DNA of 64,000 nt. Source: Chrysomallon squamiferum (Eukaryota; Animalia; Mollusca). The translations under genes were made by a program, and so were the position numbers. Positions 55,058 to 64,000 of the stretch are shown piece after piece (within the stretch, counting starts at the first letter, position 1; each line of letters begins with the position of its first letter). The stretch spans positions 26,474,001-26,538,000 of the forward strand of contig CM022665.1 of NCBI GenBank assembly GCA_012295275.1, given 5' to 3'. The notes below the pieces were generated by a model. It ran no database searches, had not been told where the DNA came from, and worked only from the letters and a program-made list of their open reading frames with translations.

Positions 55058-56645
55058 TTTAGTTATGTAATTTGTTTATGTTCATGCATGTGTTTCCACT
55101 AGCTACCATAACATAGAAGTAGAGCAGTCATTTTGCATTTAATCATGTGCCTATCATTTAAAACCATTGCTTCTATCATTTTGGATCTGTCTTTGCAATT
55201 AAGAAATTAAGCATATCAATGTATGTATATCAATTTCTTTATATAGATGTTGTGCTACGCATAACAACGATCAGTATAGAGTCTTTTATTAGACGTAAAA
55301 AATTATTTTGTTTGAACTCTTGCAGATTAATTTTTTTTTTTTTCCTATAATTGTCACATGAATTTTTGACCATCATGTATTCTGAAGCTTTATTGTTGTT
55401 CTCACATTCGGTTTTCTATAAACACATTTTTATTTCAACTTTCAGCTCATGTACTTTTATATAATCAATGTAATTTTCAGTTTAAAAAATTCTTTGAAAA
55501 CCCTTCACTTGTTTTGAGTTTTATTTTATTTTATAACTATAGTTACATGGTTTATATGTATATAATTGAATTATTTATTATATATATTAAAAAAAAAAAA
55601 AAAAAAAAATAAGAGCAAAATTCAGTTAGATTCTATTTCAAAATGCTTATATATACCAAACAGAGGAATTTATCAAAGCCAAAACTTGATTTTAAACAGA
55701 TTTGCAGAATTTTATCACAAGCCTAGTGGAGGGCTTTTGGAGTTGTGGAATCAGCCTTGAAAAAAAGTATCTGGATCTGAACAATCTATGATTGCCAAAC
55801 AAAAAAAAAAAAAAGTTTTTGAACTGGTCTCAAATGGCATGTTTTCAGCAAAATATGTTCTTTTACAGTAAAACCTGAATTGCTCTATCTGCTGTTTATT
55901 ATTTACATTTAATCTTCAACAAAATCAAAATATTCACACTTACAAATAGTGGAAAAAAATTTATTTACAAAATATGAATCAAACATATTAGTTAAATACA
56001 ATAAAATAATTTACACCAACAAACCACTACTTTTTTAAGGTTATAAAATTCAAATATTGCCAATATTTGTGAGGAAAACTATATTCAACAATTTGCATCA
56101 ATCAGACATCCTGCCTGGAAATGTACTGGAAAACATTTAGTACTGGATGTAAACATCACTGTTAAAAGTAACAAATTATCAAGTCATCTTTTCTTCAATA
56201 ATATATTGAATAACAATCGTTAAAAATACTTCCTTAACCACTTGGATCTTGGCAGTTACTTATTTTGTAACACCATAAGAAACTTATTTTAGTAAATCCT
56301 TCCAAACATCACTGAAGGAAAAAATTAATGATAAAAGCAAATAGAGATTTTATTAAAATGGGCTCCTCTAACTTACTAATTTCTGATAAAAGGAAAAGCA
56401 ATGCAAAGTGACAATTACTCCAAACTTGCTTTTAAAATATTTTTGAGGTAGCAAGGGGGAAAATAACAGAAGAAACAATGAATTGCATAGTATCGTTATA
56501 TTTCTTTTAATTAACTGATGGTTAATTATGCTTTCAGAATGAAAACAAATGTACAGAAAACACAATTTAAGTCTTAACATATCTGAACTATTTAAATAAG
56601 ATGATGGTATCTATTTTGTTCTGAAAATTTATTGTTCCATCATGA

Positions 56646-59600
56646 TTATGGGTTTTGCTTCATTGAAGCAGGTAAAGGTGGTGCAGGTGGAACTCCAGAT
56701 GCTGCTGTTGCTGCTGGTGTTGACGATATAGGAGATATGCTGCCACTGGACTGAAATAACAAATATTATTGCTAATTAAAATATAATTAATTGAAGGAAA
56801 AAGTATACAAATCACATTTTAACTGAAATGAAATAGATTCTTTGATGTTCTTGTTATTACAATCACAGATGATATTTAATCTGCTGCTATTTAGTTAGAG
56901 TAATTCGCTTTGAGCATCAAGGATTTGTTCCCAACTAGATTTTCTTTTCTTCTTTTTTTTAAATATATTTTAAAATCTACTAATTAATGTTTAAGTCAGC
57001 TGTCTTATTAATAATAAAATGTGTATTTATCTGATTATATATGAAATATAGTTAAACAAATTTTATCAACTAAACTAATGGGAACCCAAAAGGTCTTTGT
57101 GAAATACAAATAAATTAACCTGAACTGTTTCTTCTGTTGATGATTCTGTTTTTGCCTCGTTCTTCTTTTTCTTGATGCAAACAACCACAACAATAATTAT
57201 TATTATCACTACAAGTCCACCACCTAATGAAAATTTTAAAGAAAAAAAAAGTATTTTCAATTTATTTTAAAGAATGAAAACATCTAAATTCAGGATTTCA
57301 GAAAAATGGGGTTGCCATCTTTTGTGGCTATTGGATGTAACATTTAAGATGAAATCAGTTACCCTGGTGAATCTTGGATGATAATTTCTCTGTGAAGATT
57401 TAGAAATGTTTCTTATAAATTGTTATAAAACTGCAGCATCAAACTTTTGTTTCAAGGTATATTTTTTGAAATATAAAATGATATCAACTATATTTAAGAA
57501 ATTCCCTATACAGTTGATAACCTGAAAAAGGATCAACAGACAAAAGCTAAATCTGCTAATATTTTGTTTGATTCAATTGCCCAGTAAAAATTACAACAAC
57601 TGATATTAATAAAATAAAATATATCTAACCTCCACCACCAGCAATCATTCCTAGTGGCAGTCCTCCTTCCTTTCCACCTGAAGCTGGCTTACTTGAAGAT
57701 ACAGCTTTTTTTATAGCTGGACAGATCAGATTCTCTGGATCATCACCAGAATCTGTAAGTTAAATAGATATCAGTGACCTATAAAAATTATCATCTTACT
57801 TATGAACATCACAAACATGAAAATTTTAACCCATTAGACTGACAGTTTTTAAATTATCAGAAAACAATGATAGAAGCATTATTTGGGAGTTAAAAGAGTT
57901 AATACTTGTAGAAGGTTAACGAAAATGCTTATCGAAAATGCTTTTTATATATATATATATATATTAAAATATGAAAGTAGGACTTACTTATTGTATTACA
58001 GGTTTTGTCAAGTGAGTCAAGAACTTCAGATATAGTGTAGCTAACATTATTAGCATCCATTACAACAAATGAAACTTCATATTTCCCATTGCTCAGTTTT
58101 TTCACACTTTGAACATAAACATGAACTTTGGACTCAGTAGATCTTTTCCTTCGGGCAGTCTTAGTCACATCTGCTGTATTAGAAGCCAAGTCAGGAAACC
58201 TTCCATAGCTGGAAACAAAATCTGTCAACCAGGCTTTTAATTCATCCATGTCAGGTGTTACAGATGCAAACTGAAGAACAACCAAACAAGCCTTTTTGTC
58301 TACACAACTTTTGTCTTCTTGGTCAACTTTGGTACACACAGTTGAGAGAAGGAGCAAGAGTTGGTAGCACAGGATTTTGTTAAATACTGACAGTGAATGC
58401 CAGACCGATCAGATGGACATTTACAGATGTAGGTTCGATGCTTGTCAACACATGTACCACCAGCATAGCATGTAGAATCAACACAGTCATCTACACTTTG
58501 GCCGCACAATTTCCCAGTCCAGCCAAACTTGCACACACATTTATACCCCTCTGATTTCAGTTCATCTGGAGTACACACACCACCATTTAAACATGAACTG
58601 TGTGAACAGATGTTGTTCCGAGAGTCACTGATCTCACAGTGTGGGCCACTGAAACCCTTACACTCACAGGAAAACCCACCAACTTCATCAATACATTTCC
58701 CTCCATTAAGGCAAGTACTGTTGTTTTTGTTAACTAAACAGTCATTGATGTTTGAACACTTATAGCCATCTCCTTCAAAACCATCCAAACATTGGCAGAA
58801 TTCATATGTTTCATTCTTTTTCACACATTTTGCATTTGAATTGCATCCCTTTCCATTTTTCATACATCTAATTGATCTTCTGATTAAAATGGTGATTTTT
58901 CTGGAAGATATTTGCTGTGTCTGCATGTTCTTTGCCTGGATAGTCACTGTTACAGACGTGGAAGTAACTTTATCAAAAGTTTTGGCCAAGACTAAATGAG
59001 AATTATTTTTAATTTCGAATAAACTTAAATCATCATCAGTAATTTTAAAAACAATATTTTCTCCTAGTGTTTTGTTGACATTGTACAGAGCACCAATCAT
59101 TGTCCCAGCAGGAGCATCCTCGTTAATTCTTGTATCACTGATAGTAATATCTGGCAGCTGGAGGGCGTTAAGGTCAATACCAGTAATGGGAAAAGTAAAG
59201 ATCTCTTCCAGAGACAGGCTAGGCTGACCATTATCTGTAGCCTTGATAGCTATCTTCAATTCTGGATTTGGTTTGTCCATTTGCTCTGTAGGTATTGGTT
59301 TTATTAAGATTAACTTGGTCTTGTTTTTAACCTGAAAATAGTCCAACAAAAATGTATTACATTAAGGAAATTCCTCCCTACATTAAATACCTGTTAATGT
59401 AATTTGGTTTGTTTCAATAAAAACTAATTATAATGTCACTTTATTCATTTCAGTAGAACAAGTCATCCCTAATGTGCAAAGAAAGATAAACCTGAACCTA
59501 AATATCTTTATTTCATTTATGTAGTTACTATTTTAATTCACAAAATTCTAATACTTAATCTCTTCAGTACCAAGGTGGGTAACGCTGTATGTCAGCAAAC

Positions 59601-60061
59601 AACTGAACTGTGGTAAAAGAAGATACCCAATCATCATAATGGACTGATAAAAATGTGACACTAATACATCAGAGATTCTGTTATAACTTAATATATCTGA
59701 ACTATTAAAGCCATCACTAAAGATACTTAAGAGGTTCAGACAGACAAAGACAGGGAAGCAGTAAACAGCATTTACAGAACAAACTGACAAAAGCCTGTCT
59801 GTGTTAAATTAAAACTAATATATGTCCCCCCCATCCTCCCTCAAAAAGAAAAAAGTGCAGTGGATTAATTTCCAATACCTGTATCAGATCAGAATTAGGT
59901 CCCTTTGTGCTAAATGTGTGTTTCTGTCCATGGTCTGGGTCTTCTGCTGTCAGACTGCCAATCACAAACCCAGCTTTTCCCAAGGCAGGAAGAACAAGTG
60001 GAGCATCCAGTCTTATGGCTGTTGGTTTTTCATTGACATCATCTACTGTTATTGTTAGTAC
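56646..60061 (-). CDS. Cadherin-repeat + EGF-repeat single-pass membrane protein (3' portion; 5' exons not seen in the window); 1-nt frameshift near 58310-58330
   Basis: Exons: 60061-59879 (VDDVNEKP..AEDPD), 59331-57988 (ATDNGQP, INEDAPAGT, four EGFs plus a partial fifth, then a juxtamembrane domain with RRKRS), 57752-57630, 57223-57120 (transmembrane GLVVIIIIIVVVVCI followed by KKKK), 56750-56646 (PPAPPLP, stop). The total of 1859 nt is 1 nt short of frame. Confidence 0.88.
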
Positions 60062-60644
60062 CTAAACAAATATATTAACATTATAAAACACTGTACTGCA
60101 TCAAGATTATAAGATACAAGTCTGTTTTTAATAATCTTGGTAAATAACATTCATTCAAAAATTTAAATCAGTAAAAAGGTAAGATATTAAAAAAGTTACT
60201 GAATTGCACTGATCTTGTTCAAATAGTAATAAAGTCTTTCTTTTTTTCTTTCTTTTTTTTTTCCTTTTTTACCCCCACTGAAATCCACAGGCGTCCATCC
60301 CAAACAAACAACAAGAATAAAAAAATGTATGTACATGCAGTTAAGTCTCAAAAGCAAACAGTGTCAGGATCAAGTAAAAAGTTTGGTTTACAACAGTGTT
60401 TAGTTATCTGGTGTTTGACATTTAGATAGTTGATAATTCACAGTGGAAATTATTTAGTTTTAGGGGAATTCCAGTTTAATGAGGGTTCAGGTTTGGCAAC
60501 TTTCACTGTGTATCAAGAAATAAATCAGTTTATTAATAATTATCATACTTTAATACATATTGTTAACATTATTATTCAAGTCTACAAAAAGAATAATAAA
60601 ATAAACTGAATACTTAATTTACTAAAAGAAAAATAATCACAGTG

Positions 60645-60677
<33 letters not shown>

Positions 60678-63442
60678 ATTGGTATGATTTTTGTATGTAA
60701 TTATAACTATTTTGTAACAATAATGTTATAATACCCCATAAAGACTTTTATTTCCACACTTAATTTATTACATTATACAGGATTTTTTTTTTTTTATTGC
60801 TCAGAATGGCAGTTATGTCTTTTAACACCATTAGGTTTTCAGTTTAGTACAATTACGAATATAACTAGAATGGACAACCCACAAGTGATAGCTGCATATC
60901 GAATGGAATGAGAATATACCCAAAGGCTATCACACACACACACACACACACACACACTTTTCATCTGTATCATAATAATTTATTATTTATTTAAATTACT
61001 GTCTTCTTTGTTGTAAATGTACCAGTGGCCTTCACATTAAGGCCATTTTCTTTTCATCAGATACGAACTGGACAAAACAACATAGGTCGCTGACCGGCCA
61101 GACAAACAAAAAATAAAGTAAACCATCTAAAATTTTGCCAAGTGTCGATCTACTATTTGATATAATAATAACTGTATACAGATTTTACATTTAAGTCAGT
61201 TTTTTCAGTGTATACAGTTTTTCTCATCTACTGACCAACCTAATTGGAAAAACAAATAATCAGAATTCATCAAATTTGTATGAATCGATAAAACGAATCG
61301 CACCGTAATACATCTAAATCTTAACATTAGTCTTCGGTTGTATTTCGTGCTGTACAACTGTACAGCTTAAAATCGATTTGTAAGGGATTTTTTTATTTAC
61401 TTATTCTAAACTATCTAAAATATTACGATCAGAAAACTATTAACTATGATATAATTATTTTGTTAAAAAAAGAAAACAAAGATTGACCAAACCGTAATAC
61501 TTCTAAACTTTAAAATGAAACTACAATGCACTGCGAATTTATGTATTAATTGCCACAAACTCCTCTTACTCGTTGCACGTTTTCCACCCTTCTTTCTAGT
61601 ATATGAAGGAATGAAAAGAACACCTCTGTAACAGTGACATTAAACGCAATCAGCACTTTTGTCTGTACATCGGTATTTTTTCCTACGTCTCATTCGAAAT
61701 TAGGTTGTACCGGAAAAAGGGCATAATGATATAATTTTTCAGTTTTTATTTGTCATATGAATTATTTTCAACGGTAACAATTTTGAATTTAAGGACACTG
61801 TTATATAAACATAATTATATTTTATTTTATGATTAAGTAACATTTTGAAATATTTCGCATTAATATACGGAACTTGTTAATTTATATTCAAACTACAATT
61901 TAGGCTGTAGTTTAAAATATCGTCGATCAAAATGAAAATGAATTAAATGTCAAGAGTCATAATGTTAACTTATAGAGCTGTATTTAAAGAAACGCAGGAC
62001 TATTAAGATATTTTAAATTTAAACAACTTCTATTTAAAAAAATATTTATCATGATACATTGATAGTCCGTTCACTAAAACATTTTAATACTATTTTAGCG
62101 ACTGATTATGGCTCCGTCACTGTACCGGTATTTATTTTTACCATAATAAAGGCCGGCTTTTATTTATTTATTTTTTTATTATTATTTTTATTTTTTCTGC
62201 ATGTAAACAGTTTATTAATTCCAATGCATTTCCTATTAATGCTAAAGTTCATATACTGTCACTGCTTATTTAACCGCACATGCCTTACTGGAATTTATAT
62301 AAATATTGTATAAAATTGACTAATTATAGGAAAAACTGTTACGGTCATAAAAAACCAAGCTATGTACACACTGCACTATATTACAGATATTTGCACACTC
62401 TGTGTGTGTGTGTGTGTGTGTGTGTTATTTAACAACAAAATGGTTTCTTCTTTTACAGATTTTTATTATATTTTCATTAAATTAAGATAAAAAAAAAAAA
62501 TAATAATATTATAAAAAACTTAAGCACTGACTTTGGCATTGTGATATATTAGTTTAGAACAACAAAATAAAACAATAAAAAACCCCAAAAGAAAACCCAA
62601 GATATTGATTTTAGTCATTTAAATTTTACATACACATATAACTAAACTAAACACCATGCAGAATAACAAAACCATAAATATGTTTAGACTAAGTATCACT
62701 AAAATACACAACAAAGGGCACAATCATGGAAAATGTAGCCCCATGTCCCATGCAAGACAGTGAGGATAACTATCTAGTTAACTATCTGACTGACTAAACT
62801 AACTAAAACTGTTCAGTTTGTGCAGACATTTTGTACAATTTCACACTTCAGGTTATCTTCTGTTTTCATACCGTCTTTGATATGGCTTTAACTATTAACC
62901 TTTTATTTTCATTGCCAGTACTTTCCAAATGGTTGTGTGTAATTCTTTTCTATCCATAACTTGTCATTTAATTTCAGTGTCCTTCTTCAAAATACATGTT
63001 TTTTCAGTTAATTAACAACAATAATGAAAGTGATTGTTGTAAGAGAAAAGAAGTAAAATTAACATCCAGTGTAGTAGGTGGAGGGAATGAGTGTTAAAAA
63101 TAAAACGTTCATCAAGAAGTTAAGAAGATCTATGTTCTTTTATCTACTGCAGAAATGTAATGTTGTCTTTATTTACAGTTTTATAACTTGCAAAACTAGT
63201 ATTAAATACTTGATATAAACATGTATTATTTACAACAGTAAATGAGTGTACTGCAGTGCAAAATATATCTGAAATGCTTTTAAAGGAATGATCATGTATA
63301 TAAGTATTAAGTGTCTTAAAATAATGAAAAATCTGTGGACATGTTTAAAATCTGAGCTACAAAACACAGATATCAATTCCAATGCATGATTGTAGATTGA
63401 AAAAGAACTATCCTGACATTAAAATGACAATAAATGCATGAA

Positions 63443-63476
<34 letters not shown>

Positions 63477-63478
63477 TA

Positions 63479-63521
<43 letters not shown>

Positions 63522-64000
63522 TTTATTATTTTTACATTTTCTCAGAAAAATTATTAATCTTTAACAGAAATAAGCACTGGTTGTGAATGACAGCTGAAAC
63601 TCGTATTTTGAAATATTTAGCATGACAAATATCATCCATTTAAAATAAATGCAACATACAAAGCAAACTTTATTGTTTCTTAGCAGACTGACAACATATG
63701 TCTGCAAAATTTCAAATCATACTGGGGTTTTTTCTTCTTCAAATAAGAATATCCAGGCAAAGATGGCTTCATATTTGATTTTATCAGAACCATAAAGATA
63801 AAATAGAACAGAAATACTTTGACTACAGATAATTTTATGTTTTTTGACAATATATTAGTTTATTTCACATTTATTGATGAGTAATAAGATAATTAAAAGG
63901 GGAAAATGAAGCAACACAAATACAGCAATAGAAATAAATTTGCTATGGAAAAGTTCTATTAAAAGGAAGCATTAATCTGTTACATAGGATTTTATTGCTC

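Noticed and set aside
56300-56330. Acceptor ttttccttcag followed immediately by TGA as an alternative last exon of the cadherin gene
   Set aside because: It is a splice-site-like string only, with nothing else to support it.

Overview
AT-rich, microsatellite-rich animal genomic DNA; probably a mollusc/gastropod, inferred from repeat content only. Five protein-coding genes could be reconstructed by hand from GT-AG exon phases. (1) CRTAC1-like FG-GAP/ASPIC-UnbV gene (- strand, 9023->1724, 10 coding exons); a 1-nt frameshift hides a GPI-signal-like last exon. (2) PLEKHD1-like PH/coiled-coil gene (- strand, 37288->16345, 14 exons, ~483 aa), with candidate cassette microexons and a tandem array of copied splice donors. 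(3,4) Two tandem class I HDAC1/2 genes with intronless CDSs (+ strand, 41110-42648 and 51921-53486). (5) The 3' part of a cadherin-EGF single-pass receptor (- strand, 60061->56646), also with a 1-nt frameshift. Several Tc1/mariner/pogo remnants and decayed repeats are also present. The most interesting signal is the HDAC1 pair. The second copy keeps the full catalytic set and shares a 198-bp perfectly identical tract with the first. It also has substitutions around the foot pocket (L138Y, C109F) plus Q259V, has lost the IACDE/CK2 tail motifs, and has about twice the CpG count. This fits a specialised, partly gene-converted deacetylase/deacylase paralogue. All calls are by eye; no database searches were run.
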